Notes: generated by a model not told the origin, from the sequence alone. Positions 32,086 through 42,922 are shown, counted from the stretch's first letter. The stretch is 62,378 bases of DNA from an uncultured Bacilli bacterium (GCA_944359085.1 CALVSQ010000001.1:1-62378), one strand, 5' to 3'. Numbers and translations are program-made.

Positions 32086-32570
32086 TTGTTTTAATATCAA
32101 TGATATCATTTTTCTTAGATGGAATACTATCACGATATATTTTACCAAATAGTTTATTTTTACCATTATTTACAATTGTATCATTAGTTATTATTTACCC
32201 ATATTTTAACAATGATAATTTTCGTTATTTTAAATTTATAGCAATAATTGGATTGTTATATGATATTGCTTATTTTAATACTTTATTTTATAACTTTTTT
32301 ATATTTATAGCATTAGGATTTGTAATTGGATTAATTAATTATCTATTATCTAATAATATATATACTAATATATTAATGACAGTTGTAAGTATAACCATAT
32401 ACCGAATAATAACTTTTTTAATAACTATTATTTTTAAAACATCATATTCATTATCTGAATTATTACAAAGTATATATAGTTCATTAATTTTAAATATAAT
32501 TTATTGTTTAATAATTTATATAATAACTGAAATTTATAGTAAGAAAAATAAAATTTTAAGAAGCAAGTAG
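32082..32570 (+). CDS. mreD: rod shape-determining protein MreD
   Basis: Small polytopic membrane protein overlapping the mreC stop. Call is by position and topology. Confidence 0.7.
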   Translation: MIVLISMISFFLDGILSRYILPNSLFLPLFTIVSLVIIYPYFNNDNFRYFKFIAIIGLLYDIAYFNTLFYNFFIFIALGFVIGLINYLLSNNIYTNILMTVVSITIYRIITFLITIIFKTSYSLSELLQSIYSSLILNIIYCLIIYIITEIYSKKNKILRSK

Positions 32571-32600
32571 TTGACATACTAACTAATTATGTGATATTAT
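32571..32600 (+). promoter_or_regulatory. candidate promoter of rplS
   Basis: TTGACA, 18 nt, TATTAT preceded by TG (TGaTATTAT). Confidence 0.5.
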
Positions 32601-32664
32601 TAAAAGCGACGTAATCCGCTGATAAAATTATTATGATTATAGTTTGAAAAAGGAGAGTGACATC

Positions 32665-33018
32665 GTGAATTTAATAGACAAAATTACTGAAAAACAAATT
32701 CGTAACGATATTCCTGAATTTAGAGTTGGGGATACAATTAAAGTAAACGTTAAAATTGTTGAAGGTAAAAGAGAAAGAATTCAAGCGTTTGAAGGTTTAG
32801 TAATGGCTATTCAAGGAAGTGGCGTTAGCAAAAATTTCATCGTACGTAAAGTATCAGGTGGCGTTGGTGTTGAAAGAACATTCCCAATCAATAGTCCAAT
32901 TATTGAATCAATTGAAGTTGTTAGAACAGGTAAAGTTAGACAAGCAAAACTTGGCTATATCAGAACAATGACTAAACAACCAAAAATTAAAGAACGTCGT
33001 GTAAAAGAAGCTGAATAA
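32665..33018 (+). CDS. rplS: 50S ribosomal protein L19
   Basis: [32 protein letters not shown] 32665 follows AGGAG and gives the family-typical length. Confidence 0.9.
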   Translation: MNLIDKITEKQIRNDIPEFRVGDTIKVNVKIVEGKRERIQAFEGLVMAIQGSGVSKNFIVRKVSGGVGVERTFPINSPIIESIEVVRTGKVRQAKLGYIRTMTKQPKIKERRVKEAE

Positions 33019-33075
33019 GCTTTTTTTGTTTAATTTTTTTTAAAAATGTTATATAATATTATAGGAAGTGATAAG

Positions 33076-33546
33076 ATGAAAATACTAAAAGAATTAGTTC
33101 CTTATGCCATAATATTAGTTACAGTTATTTTTATTAGAACATTTATAGTAACACCTGTTATTGTATCTGGAACATCTATGAATAATACTTTAAAAGATGG
33201 CGAAATATTATTATTAAATAAATTTGATAAATCATATGAAAGATATGATATAGTTGTTTTTGATTATAAAGATTCTAAGTTAGTAAAAAGAGTTATCGGT
33301 TTACCAGGAGAAACTGTTGAATATAAAGATGGAATTTTATATATAAATGGAGAAGAGATAGAAGATCAATTTGCTTCAATTACTAGTGATTTTAAATTAG
33401 ATAAAGTGATACCAGAAGGATATTATTTTGTAATGGGTGATAATCGTAATAATTCAAGTGATAGTAGAATAATTGGGTTGATAAATGAAAAAAAAATAAA
33501 TGGAACAACAACATTTAGCTTGTGGCCGATTAAATTTGTAAAGTAA
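33076..33546 (+). CDS. lepB: signal peptidase I
   Basis: S26 motifs SGTSMNNTL, VKRVIGLPGE, GDNRNNSSDSR. Confidence 0.9.
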   Translation: MKILKELVPYAIILVTVIFIRTFIVTPVIVSGTSMNNTLKDGEILLLNKFDKSYERYDIVVFDYKDSKLVKRVIGLPGETVEYKDGILYINGEEIEDQFASITSDFKLDKVIPEGYYFVMGDNRNNSSDSRIIGLINEKKINGTTTFSLWPIKFVK

Positions 33547-33590
33547 GTATTCTTACTTTTTTTGTGATATAATGTTATTGGTGACTCGTT

Positions 33591-35084
33591 ATGAATGGTG
33601 TTTTAGGTAGTTTAAAAAATATGCTTAAAAGATGGCGTATTAATTTTAGAAAAAAGAAAAAACAAGATGAAGTAAAAATTTATAATAGAAAAATAACAAA
33701 ATATCCTAAACTTACATCTTTTATTTATAGTACAATAGCTATAATTTATTGTCCATTTGGTTATATGTTTGCTAAAAGTAATAAGCAAGCAAGTAATGAA
33801 CAACCTAAACTATATAAAAAAATAGAAAAAATAAATGTTAAATTAGATGAAATGATTGTTAAAAAGGAAAATAATATCAAAACTATTGAAAAAGATATAT
33901 TTGAAGTAAAAAAGCAAATTAAAATTCCTATGTCTAAAGAAAGTAAAAATTATTTCAACTCAAAATTAAAAGAAATAGAAATAAAAATTCAATTTATTAA
34001 AAATCCTGATAAAATTAGTAATATAGAAGCTGAAGTAATTAATGAATCATTAGAAAAAAGTGCTGTTAAACATAAAAATGTTAATAAAAAATTACTTCAA
34101 TCTTTGCCTATTTCGTTAGTCTTAGTTAAACAAAAAAAAGAAGATAAATTTAACTTTGTAAAGCAAGCAAATAAAGAATTAAAAAATATAAATGAGCAAA
34201 TTAAAAGTATAGAAAATAAAATATCAAATGTTAATCAATATAATCATTTTTATGATTTAGAAAACGAATTAAAATATTTAAGAAAAAAAATTAAAACTTT
34301 AAAAGAAAAATATGAAGAAATAAAGGATTATTTGAATTTTGAAGTAGATTACGATAAATACGAATTGTGTAAAAGTCCTAAAAAAATAGATGAAACTTTA
34401 GAAAGAATTGAAAAAGATTTAAAATTGATTGAAACAAAGAAAAAAGAAATGTTAAATAAAAAAGAAGAAGATAAGCAAAAAAATATAGAAGAAAAAAAAG
34501 AAACTAAAAAACAAAAAGAAAAAAAAGAAGAAAAGAAAGAAAAAATAGATGATATTATTAAAGCCCAACAATTAATTTTAAATAACATTATGAATCAAAA
34601 CAAATATTTTGATGATTACATGAAGAAAATTTCTAAAACAACTAATAAAAAAAGAACTATTTTAAGTTCATTATCTAATTTATCAACAATTATTTTAAAT
34701 TTTACAGTATCATTATTGCCAGTTTCATTATTTAAAAATAAATTATTAGGAACTTTAGTAAGTAGCATTATGATAAACAATTCTCTTAAGACCATGAGAA
34801 GAATATTAAATCCTAGTTTAAAAGTAGATTATCAGTTATTTATTGATAATTATTATAATAGTAAAAATATTCTATTTGATACATATCAAATGTGTGATAA
34901 TTCATTACAAGAATTAACCTTATTAAAACAAGAATTATTAGTTTTTGATCAAAATGATATAAAACAATTATTATTTCAAATTGAATTAATTGAGAATAAT
35001 ATTAAAAATCAAATGAAATCTTTAAATATAAAAAAGGAGACTATTGAAAAGGTATATGTTAAAATAAAAAATAAAATAAGTTAA
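33591..35084 (+). CDS. hypothetical Lys/Glu-rich coiled-coil membrane protein
   Basis: 497-aa ORF with a TM segment near residue 45 and others near the C-terminus, and long heptad-like KE-rich stretches. Confidence 0.5.
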   Translation: MNGVLGSLKNMLKRWRINFRKKKKQDEVKIYNRKITKYPKLTSFIYSTIAIIYCPFGYMFAKSNKQASNEQPKLYKKIEKINVKLDEMIVKKENNIKTIEKDIFEVKKQIKIPMSKESKNYFNSKLKEIEIKIQFIKNPDKISNIEAEVINESLEKSAVKHKNVNKKLLQSLPISLVLVKQKKEDKFNFVKQANKELKNINEQIKSIENKISNVNQYNHFYDLENELKYLRKKIKTLKEKYEEIKDYLNFEVDYDKYELCKSPKKIDETLERIEKDLKLIETKKKEMLNKKEEDKQKNIEEKKETKKQKEKKEEKKEKIDDIIKAQQLILNNIMNQNKYFDDYMKKISKTTNKKRTILSSLSNLSTIILNFTVSLLPVSLFKNKLLGTLVSSIMINNSLKTMRRILNPSLKVDYQLFIDNYYNSKNILFDTYQMCDNSLQELTLLKQELLVFDQNDIKQLLFQIELIENNIKNQMKSLNIKKETIEKVYVKIKNKIS

Positions 35085-35182
35085 AAAATATTTAATAAAT
35101 AGAAATGAAAAAAAATTTTGAAAATATTGAATAATTGTAATATAATATGGTATAATTATGTAAATTGAATGGAGTGAACGAA

Positions 35183-36862
35183 ATGAGAGAATATATTGAA
35201 GAACAAATTAATGAAAAAATAGAATCTTTAGGTTACGGTAAAGTGAATGTTATATATTCAGGTAGAAAAGATTTATGTGATTTTCAATGTAATGATGCAT
35301 TTAGATTAGCTAAAATATACCACAAAGCCCCAAATTTAATAGGTGAAGAAATTATTAATCTTATAAAAGATTTTGATATATTTTCCAAAGTTGAATTTGT
35401 AAATCCAGGCTTTATAAATATAAAAGTAAGTGATAAATTAATAAATAAATTTATTAGAGAAATGAACGATAATCCTAAATTTAATTTAAAAAAACCTGAT
35501 AAAATAGAAACATTTGTTATAGATTATGGAGGATATAATGTTGCTAAACCACTTCATATAGGACATTTGAGACCAACTATAATAGGTGAATCTATTAAAA
35601 GAATTATATCTTATAAAGGACATAAAACAATAGGTGATGTTCATTTAGGAGATTATGGTTTACAAATGGGACAAGTAATTTATGGTATAAAAAGAGATAA
35701 TTTAAAAATTGAAGATATAACAATTGATTATTTGAATAAAATATATCCAGAAATAAGTGCTTTGTGTAAAGAAGATGAGAAAGTAAGAGAAGAATGTGTT
35801 TTAATTACTAAAATGATTCAAGATGGTGATAAATACTATAATGAATTATTAGACAGAATAATTGAAATATCAGTTTCAGATGCTAAAAAAACAACAGATT
35901 ATTTAGGAATAACATTTGATCTTTGGCATGGTGAAAGAGATTCTTATCCTTATTTAGAAAAATGCGAAAAAATGTTAAGAGATAAAAACTTATTGACTCT
36001 TAGTGAAGGTGCTTTAGTAGTTAATGTAAAAAAAGAAGAAGATAATAAACCAATGCCACCTATGATGTTTAAAAAAAGTAATGGAGCATATGTTTATGAT
36101 TCAACTGATTTAGCTACTATTTATGAAAGATATATAAACTATAACCCAAATCATATAATTTATATAACAGATTTTAGACAAAATCTTCATTTTGAGCAAG
36201 TATTTAGAGTAAGCGATATGGTTGGCTTAATACCTTATGAGTGTCTTGAACATGCCTATAATGGAACTATAAATGGTAAAGATGGCAAAGCATTTAAAAC
36301 AAGAAAAGGAGATGCTCCTAAATTAAGTGAATTATTTGATTTAGTAAAAGATACATTTATATCATTAAAAGAAGAAAATAAAAATATGAATAAAGAAGAT
36401 ATAGATAAAATAGTAAATGCAATAATTAAATTTGCTGATCTTCAAAATAGCAGGGATAAAGATTATATATTTGATATAGAAAAATTTTCTCAAGTTGTTG
36501 GTAAAACCGGGCCTTATATTTTATATACATATTTAAGAATTCAAAAAATATTAAAAGATAATTCAATAGAAAATAATTTAAATGATATTATTTATAATGA
36601 AAAAGATCGTAATTTAAGAATGAAATTATTAGAATTTGAAACTTCTTTTGATAGTGCTTTTAAGGAAAGAAAACCTAACTATATAGCAGAATATGTATAT
36701 AATGTTGCTATTTTAGCTAATAACTTTTATGAAAATAATCATATAATGGGATTAGAAGATTTAGACAAAAAAAATTCATGGCTTTATATCCTTAATTTGA
36801 CGAATAAAATATTAAAAGATATGCTTTACTTACTAGAAATTGAAATACCATCATTTATGTAG
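35183..36862 (+). CDS. argS: arginine--tRNA ligase
   Basis: Class I HIGH motif (KPLHIGHLR) and overall ArgRS blocks. ATG follows GGAGTGA. Confidence 0.9.
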   Translation: MREYIEEQINEKIESLGYGKVNVIYSGRKDLCDFQCNDAFRLAKIYHKAPNLIGEEIINLIKDFDIFSKVEFVNPGFINIKVSDKLINKFIREMNDNPKFNLKKPDKIETFVIDYGGYNVAKPLHIGHLRPTIIGESIKRIISYKGHKTIGDVHLGDYGLQMGQVIYGIKRDNLKIEDITIDYLNKIYPEISALCKEDEKVREECVLITKMIQDGDKYYNELLDRIIEISVSDAKKTTDYLGITFDLWHGERDSYPYLEKCEKMLRDKNLLTLSEGALVVNVKKEEDNKPMPPMMFKKSNGAYVYDSTDLATIYERYINYNPNHIIYITDFRQNLHFEQVFRVSDMVGLIPYECLEHAYNGTINGKDGKAFKTRKGDAPKLSELFDLVKDTFISLKEENKNMNKEDIDKIVNAIIKFADLQNSRDKDYIFDIEKFSQVVGKTGPYILYTYLRIQKILKDNSIENNLNDIIYNEKDRNLRMKLLEFETSFDSAFKERKPNYIAEYVYNVAILANNFYENNHIMGLEDLDKKNSWLYILNLTNKILKDMLYLLEIEIPSFM

Positions 36863-36933
36863 ATAGAGTAAACTATCTTTTTTTAATAGATTATGATATA
36901 ATTTAGAAAAAAATTTAAAATTGAGGTAAAAAT

Positions 36934-37719
36934 ATGATTGATATAAAACAAGCTAAAACAGAATTCAAAAAATTTTTAAAAAGGTATGATAATAGTGAAT
37001 TAGGATTTGAATTAAAAGTTGTTCATACTTATCATGTTATGGAAAATGCAAAAAAAATTGCAATAAAATTAAATTTAGCCAAAGAAGATATTGATTTAGC
37101 AGAACTAATTGGTCTTCTTCATGATATCGGTAGATTTGAAGAGATTACTACTTTAAAACGATTTGATAGTGTTTCATTTAATCATGCATCATATGGAGTA
37201 AAAATGTTATTTGAAGATAATTTAATAAGAAATTTTATTGCTGATAAAAGTTATGACGAAATAATAAAAAATGCAATTAATAATCATAATAAATTATCTA
37301 TTGAAAAAGATTTGGATGAAAAAAGCTTATTACATTCAAAAATAATAAGAGATGCTGATAAATTAGATAATTTTAGAGTGAAAAAAGAAGAAAATATAGA
37401 AGCGATATTTCCAGGAAAAGTAAAAAATAAAAGTGATATAGAAGATTCAACTTTATCTAATGAAGTTTATGAATCAGTTAAGAAGAAAAAATGTGTAGAT
37501 ATTCATAATAGGGTAACTCCTCTTGATTATTGGGTTTGTGTATTAGCTTTTATATTTGATTTAAATTTTAAAGAATCTTATGAATTTGTTAAAGATAATG
37601 ACTATATAAATGTATTAATAGATAAATTTAGTTATAATGATTTAGAAACAAAGAGAAGAATGGAAGATATAAGATTTATTATGAATGATTATATAAATGA
37701 AAAAATATATAGTAATTAA
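36934..37719 (+). CDS. HD-domain protein
   Basis: HTYHV...LLHDIGRFE...RDADKLDN. Confidence 0.75.
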   Translation: MIDIKQAKTEFKKFLKRYDNSELGFELKVVHTYHVMENAKKIAIKLNLAKEDIDLAELIGLLHDIGRFEEITTLKRFDSVSFNHASYGVKMLFEDNLIRNFIADKSYDEIIKNAINNHNKLSIEKDLDEKSLLHSKIIRDADKLDNFRVKKEENIEAIFPGKVKNKSDIEDSTLSNEVYESVKKKKCVDIHNRVTPLDYWVCVLAFIFDLNFKESYEFVKDNDYINVLIDKFSYNDLETKRRMEDIRFIMNDYINEKIYSN

Positions 37720-37751
37720 TATTTTTAATAAAAAGAAAGTTGGAATATGTT

Positions 37752-38240
37752 ATGAATAAAAAAGAAGTATATGATTATTTAAATAAAAAAAATATTAAAT
37801 ATGAAGTAATAGAACATGAAGCTGTTCGTACTATGGAAGAATCAACAAAAATTGGCGTTTTATATCCAGATGGTGATGCTAAAAATTTATTTGTTCGTGA
37901 TGATAAAAAAAGAAATTATTATCTTATTACCGTTAAGGGTGATCCAAGAGTAGATTTAAAAGAATTTAAAAATAAATACAATACTAGAACTTTAAGTTTT
38001 GCTTCAGAAAAAGATTTATGGGATAAAATGAAGTTAATTCCTGGTTCTGTAACACCTCTTGGATTATTAAATGATAATGATAAAAAAATTATATTTTTCC
38101 TTGATAAAGCGTTTTTTAATGGAAGTAATATGATAGCGGTTCATCCAAACGAAAATACGGCAACCGTATGGTTAAATGTAAATGATTTGGTTGAAATAAT
38201 TAAAGAACATGGCAATCAAATAAATATAGTTGATATTTAA
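37752..38240 (+). CDS. YbaK/ProX-type aminoacyl-tRNA editing domain protein
   Basis: YEVIEHEAVRTMEE...KNLFVRDDKKRNYYLITV...GSVTPLGL pattern of prolyl-tRNA editing (ProX/YbaK) proteins. Confidence 0.7.
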   Translation: MNKKEVYDYLNKKNIKYEVIEHEAVRTMEESTKIGVLYPDGDAKNLFVRDDKKRNYYLITVKGDPRVDLKEFKNKYNTRTLSFASEKDLWDKMKLIPGSVTPLGLLNDNDKKIIFFLDKAFFNGSNMIAVHPNENTATVWLNVNDLVEIIKEHGNQINIVDI

Positions 38241-38242
38241 AT

Positions 38243-38278
38243 ATAATTTTATAGTAGATATAAAAGTCTACTTTTTTT
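38243..38278 (+). repeat. terminator-type repeat unit, copy 1
   Basis: ATAATTTTATAGTAGATATAAAAGTCTACTTTTTTT; stem AGTAGA/TCTACT. Confidence 0.8.
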
Positions 38279-38310
38279 GTGGTATAATAATATAAGAGTG
38301 AAGTGATTTT

Positions 38311-38982
38311 ATGGAGTCAAAAATTTTTAATTGTATATCAACTATTGGTTGTATTATTACAATAATTTTATTATATATTTTTATTATAATTAGTGATAGC
38401 TTTTATTTTAATGGATGTACAATTTTAATGTTCTTGTTGATGCTATTAAATCCTATTGCTAATACATGTAGATTAAATAAAAAAATTATAAATAATCCTA
38501 TATTTCATTTTTTAATTGTCACATTGACTGGTTATACTTCGTATATTTTAATAAATAGTATTATAATATATATTCTAAATAGAAATGAAGAATCGTTAGC
38601 ATATCATATATTTTATGATAGACTTTTATATATTTTTTTATCAATAATTGTTATATTATTGATAACTTTAATATTTAAAAAAATTAATGTAAAGTCTAAT
38701 AAAGATAATTCTAAAATTATGCTTTTAATAATTTTAATAACATCATTAATACCAATATTAACTCATGGTAGTGTGCCATTAATATGTGCAGGATTTAATA
38801 TTGTATTATTTATTTTTACAATAATAACATTTTTTAAATTAAAATTAATTAATACAACAGATGAATTGCGAAGTCATTATTTAATTTTAATAGTTAGTTC
38901 TTTGATATCAATTAATCCAATTGCACTTGTTTTATCTATCTATATGTTTTTACAACAAGATATTTTTGGCCTACATATTTAA
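38311..38982 (+). CDS. hypothetical polytopic membrane protein
   Basis: 223 aa with about 6-7 TM helices. Confidence 0.5.
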   Translation: MESKIFNCISTIGCIITIILLYIFIIISDSFYFNGCTILMFLLMLLNPIANTCRLNKKIINNPIFHFLIVTLTGYTSYILINSIIIYILNRNEESLAYHIFYDRLLYIFLSIIVILLITLIFKKINVKSNKDNSKIMLLIILITSLIPILTHGSVPLICAGFNIVLFIFTIITFFKLKLINTTDELRSHYLILIVSSLISINPIALVLSIYMFLQQDIFGLHI

Positions 38983-38991
38983 TAATGGATT

Positions 38992-39026
38992 ATAATTTTA
39001 TAGTAGATACAAAAATCTACTTTTTT
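38992..39026 (+). repeat. terminator-type repeat unit, copy 2
   Basis: ATAATTTTATAGTAGATACAAAAATCTACTTTTTT, two substitutions relative to copy 1. Confidence 0.8.
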
Positions 39027-39101
39027 AATGTTTTATTAGGTATATAGTGTGACATGTGATATAATGAGCATACAAAGGCGAAAAAAATAGTAGGTGATAA
39101 A

Positions 39102-39791
39102 ATGAAAAAAAATATTCTTATTGTAGAAGATGAAATGGATATAGCAGAATTATTAAAGTTATATTTAGAAAGTGAAGGATTTAATGTAAATATTGCTAGT
39201 GATGGAATAGAAGCAGAAAAATTGATGGACGATAAAAATTTTGATATGGCATTAGTTGATATAATGATGCCCAGAAGGAATGGTTATGATTTAATAAAAA
39301 AGGTCAGAGAATATAATTTAAAACTACCGATTATAGTTTTGTCTGCTAAAAATTTAGATAATGATAAAATAGTTGCATTAAATTTAGGAGCAGATATGTA
39401 TATTACAAAGCCATTTAATCCTTTAGAAGTAGTTGCTAATATAAAAGCTTTGCTTAGAAGATGTTCAGTACTTGGAATCAATAATATTATCAAATACGAT
39501 AATATCGAATTAAACACTAATGAATTTTGGATAAAAAAAGATGAAAAAATAATTAATTTTACAGCTACAGAGTTAAAAATATTAATTAAGTTAATGAGTA
39601 AACCTAATGTAATATTTACAAAGGCACAATTATATGAATGCATAAGTAGTGATAATTTTTTCAATAATGAAAATGCAATGATGGTTCATATATCAAATAT
39701 AAGAGGAAAATTAGAAGATAATCCATCAAATCCAAAATATATAAAAACGGTCAAAGGGCTAGGGTATAAATTTAGTTATGAAAAAAAATAA
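39102..39791 (+). CDS. OmpR/PhoB-family response regulator
   Basis: Receiver domain (ILIVEDE...LVDIMMP...KPF) plus winged-helix output (VKGLGYKF). Confidence 0.9.
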   Translation: MKKNILIVEDEMDIAELLKLYLESEGFNVNIASDGIEAEKLMDDKNFDMALVDIMMPRRNGYDLIKKVREYNLKLPIIVLSAKNLDNDKIVALNLGADMYITKPFNPLEVVANIKALLRRCSVLGINNIIKYDNIELNTNEFWIKKDEKIINFTATELKILIKLMSKPNVIFTKAQLYECISSDNFFNNENAMMVHISNIRGKLEDNPSNPKYIKTVKGLGYKFSYEKK

Positions 39792-41328
39792 AAGTTTTGT
39801 TAATTTTTGTGTCTTTTATTTATCTATTTATTCGTTATTGTTATTTCTTACTTTTATATTAACTAATACATTAATTAATAATAGTATTATTAATGTTTCT
39901 AAAACTTTATATGATTTTATAAAATATGATTATTTATTAAAAGAAGATGAATTTGATAAAATACCAGTAAAAAAATTCAAAAGAAATGAAATTGTTATTT
40001 TTGATGAAAACAAAGAAGTTTTATTCAGTACCAATAATTACGAAGAGGGATTTTTAACTAAAGATGAGTTAATGTTTATTAATGAATATTTTACTGATAC
40101 ATATTTTCTTGTCCAAAGTATTAATAATGACAATTATTTAATTACAGAAAATAATTATAATCAAGAAAACAAACAAACTGAAATATTAAATTATGCTATA
40201 TTAGATTCAAACTATAATATAATAGATGGAAATTTATTTGAAGAAAAAACAAAATTAAGTGAAAAAGAGTTTATATTACTAAAAGAAGGAATGAATGGTA
40301 AAAGTTATGTATCTAAATATTCATATGTAAATAATGAAGGAAAAGAAAGAATATTAGTTTTTTATGAACGATATTTAAGTAATGAAGAATATGAAAAAAT
40401 TACTGACAACATATTATCTAGATGGATTTTTGTAATTCCTATTATATTAGTTTTAAGTGGTATAATAATTATTATATTTTATTACAAAATAAAAAAATCT
40501 ATTAATATTATGAAAAAAAGAATATTAGATGATAATTATGCTTTAAAAAAGAAAAATAATATTCCGATTGAGTTTAATGAATTTTGTATAAAAATTAAGG
40601 ATTTATTAAAAAAATTGGAATTAGAAAAGAAAAAAACAGAAAAAGAAGAAAAACTTCGTCAAAGTATTATTACTAATTTAAGTCATGATATAAAGACTCC
40701 GTTAACAGTTATTCAAGGTTATGCTAAGGCATTTTGTGATGGTGTTGTACCAAAAGATAAAGAGAAAAAATATATGGAAGCTATATATAATAAATCAGTT
40801 ATTTCTACGGAAATTATAAATTCATTATTTCAATATTCACAAATGGAACATGTTGATTTTAAAGCGAATTATGAAAAATCTGATTTTAGTGAATTTTGTC
40901 GCGAATATTTAGCTATTAAATATTCTGATTTAGAAATGTTTAAATATAATTTAACTTTTAAACTAGAAGAAAAAACAATTATGTACAATTTTGATAGATC
41001 TCTTATGACAAGACTTTTTGACAATATAATAAATAATAGTGTAAAACATAATAAGAAAAATACAACAGTTTATTTTATTTATAAAGTTGTTAATAATTGC
41101 ATTATTATTACAATAGCTGATAATGGTAGAGGAATAGTTTCCAAAGATCCAAACGTTTTGTTTACTCCATTTGTAGTAGAAAATGAAGCAAGAACTTGTG
41201 ATTCTAGTACAGGATTGGGATTATATATTGTAAAAAAAATAGTCGAAATGCATAACGGCGAGATAAGTATTAATAAAAATCCTAAAAAACCTTATAAATT
41301 TGAAATAAATATTAAATTTAAATTATAA
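39778..41328 (+). CDS. sensor histidine kinase
   Basis: Two TM segments flank an extracytoplasmic domain. H-box LSHDIKTPL, N-box NNSVKHN, G-boxes DNGRGI and GLGLYIVKK. Confidence 0.85.
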   Translation: MKKNKSFVNFCVFYLSIYSLLLFLTFILTNTLINNSIINVSKTLYDFIKYDYLLKEDEFDKIPVKKFKRNEIVIFDENKEVLFSTNNYEEGFLTKDELMFINEYFTDTYFLVQSINNDNYLITENNYNQENKQTEILNYAILDSNYNIIDGNLFEEKTKLSEKEFILLKEGMNGKSYVSKYSYVNNEGKERILVFYERYLSNEEYEKITDNILSRWIFVIPIILVLSGIIIIIFYYKIKKSINIMKKRILDDNYALKKKNNIPIEFNEFCIKIKDLLKKLELEKKKTEKEEKLRQSIITNLSHDIKTPLTVIQGYAKAFCDGVVPKDKEKKYMEAIYNKSVISTEIINSLFQYSQMEHVDFKANYEKSDFSEFCREYLAIKYSDLEMFKYNLTFKLEEKTIMYNFDRSLMTRLFDNIINNSVKHNKKNTTVYFIYKVVNNCIIITIADNGRGIVSKDPNVLFTPFVVENEARTCDSSTGLGLYIVKKIVEMHNGEISINKNPKKPYKFEINIKFKL

Positions 41329-41407
41329 ATGTATATTAAGAAATCTTAAGACTAAATTTATTTTATCTTAATCTTTCATGTGTATAATCTGTGAATGAGG
41401 TGATGAA

Positions 41408-42922
41408 ATGGATTTAGTTTTTTCGTATTTAGAAGATACATGTATGAAATATAAAGACAAGATTGCAGTTAAATATAAAGATGAATATTTAACTTATAAT
41501 GATTTTTTAACTAATGTTTATGTAGTGGGAACTAATTTATCTAAGGATGTTATAAATAATGAACCTATAGTTGTTTTTATGGATAAAGGGATAAATTCTT
41601 TAGAATCATTTTTTGGAATTTTATATTCTGGTGGATGTTATAGTTTAATTAATCCAGAATTTCCTGATGACCGAATTAAACAAATAAAAGAAGTTTTAAA
41701 AGTAAAAAAAATAATAACTTGTGAAAAATATTATGAACGAGCAATTAATTTATTTAATGATTGTAAGGTTTTTAAAATAGATGAATTGAAAAAAGGAACT
41801 TTTGACATTGATTTGCTTAATAAAATTAAACAAAACAAAATTGATGTTGATCCTGTATATATTAATTTTACATCAGGTTCAACAGGTATTCCTAAAGGAG
41901 TAGTAGTTTCTCATAAATCAATTATTGATTTTATAAATAAGTTTACAAAGTTATTTAATATTACCGATAAAGATATAATAGCAAATCAAGCTCCATTTGA
42001 TTTTGACGTTTCAGTAAAAGACATATATTCATCAATTTTTGTTGGAGCAACATTAGTACTTATTCCTAAAGAATATTTTTCTAATCCAACAATTCTTTTA
42101 GATTATCTTGATAGTAATAATACAACAACAATGATATGGGCAGTTTCAGCTCTATGCTTGATTACTACTTTTCATGGCTTAAATTATAAAGTACCAAATA
42201 AGGTTAATAAAATTATATTTTCAGGAGAAATAATGCCATTGAAACATTTAAGCGTTTGGATGGAAAAATTACCAAATGCGATGTTTGTAAATGTTTATGG
42301 TCCAACGGAAATAACTTGTAATTGTACTTATCATATTATTGATAAAAAAAGATTTTATGTTGACTATATTCCGATTGGAATTGCGTTTTTTAATGAAAGA
42401 GTATTCTTATTAAGTAAAGAAGATAAATTAATAACAAATAACGATGAAATTGGAGAAATCTGTGTTAGTGGGTCTTGTTTAGCGCCAGGATATTATAATA
42501 ATGAAGAACAAAGTAAAAAAAGTTTTGTTCAAAATCCTACTAATAATAATTATTTTGAAAGAATATATCGAACTGGAGATTTAGGTAAATATAATGAAAA
42601 TAATGAATTAATTTTTTGTGGAAGAAAAGATTTTCAAATTAAATATTTAGGGCATCGTATTGAATTAGAAGAAATCGATAGAGCAATAATGAATGTTGAT
42701 GGTATAACTAGAGTTTGTACAATATTTGATGAAGAAAAATCAAAAATATATTCTTTTTATGTAGGAACTTTGGAAACTAAAGATTTAAGAAGTATATTGC
42801 AAGAAAAATTACCAATATATATGATTCCAACTAAGTTTATCAAATTAAATAATTTACCTTTAACAAAAAATGGTAAAATTGATAGAAAAAAATTATTTGA
42901 TTCATATAAAGGGGGAAAATAA
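41408..42922 (+). CDS. DltA-like amino acid--carrier protein ligase (adenylation enzyme)
   Basis: FTSGSTGIPKGV, NQAPFDFDVSVKDIY, YGPTE, YRTGD, GRKDFQIKYLGHRIELEEI, NGKIDRKK. Length (504 aa) equals a typical DltA. Confidence 0.85.
   Translation: MDLVFSYLEDTCMKYKDKIAVKYKDEYLTYNDFLTNVYVVGTNLSKDVINNEPIVVFMDKGINSLESFFGILYSGGCYSLINPEFPDDRIKQIKEVLKVKKIITCEKYYERAINLFNDCKVFKIDELKKGTFDIDLLNKIKQNKIDVDPVYINFTSGSTGIPKGVVVSHKSIIDFINKFTKLFNITDKDIIANQAPFDFDVSVKDIYSSIFVGATLVLIPKEYFSNPTILLDYLDSNNTTTMIWAVSALCLITTFHGLNYKVPNKVNKIIFSGEIMPLKHLSVWMEKLPNAMFVNVYGPTEITCNCTYHIIDKKRFYVDYIPIGIAFFNERVFLLSKEDKLITNNDEIGEICVSGSCLAPGYYNNEEQSKKSFVQNPTNNNYFERIYRTGDLGKYNENNELIFCGRKDFQIKYLGHRIELEEIDRAIMNVDGITRVCTIFDEEKSKIYSFYVGTLETKDLRSILQEKLPIYMIPTKFIKLNNLPLTKNGKIDRKKLFDSYKGGK

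Noticed and set aside
32601-32664. L19 ribosomal-protein leader RNA upstream of rplS
   Set aside because: The position is right and a small hairpin (AGCG..CGCT) exists, but I cannot verify the family's consensus structure by eye.
35085-35182. T-box leader upstream of argS
   Set aside because: The intergenic region is under 100 nt and lacks a specifier-loop/antiterminator architecture, so it is too short for a T-box.
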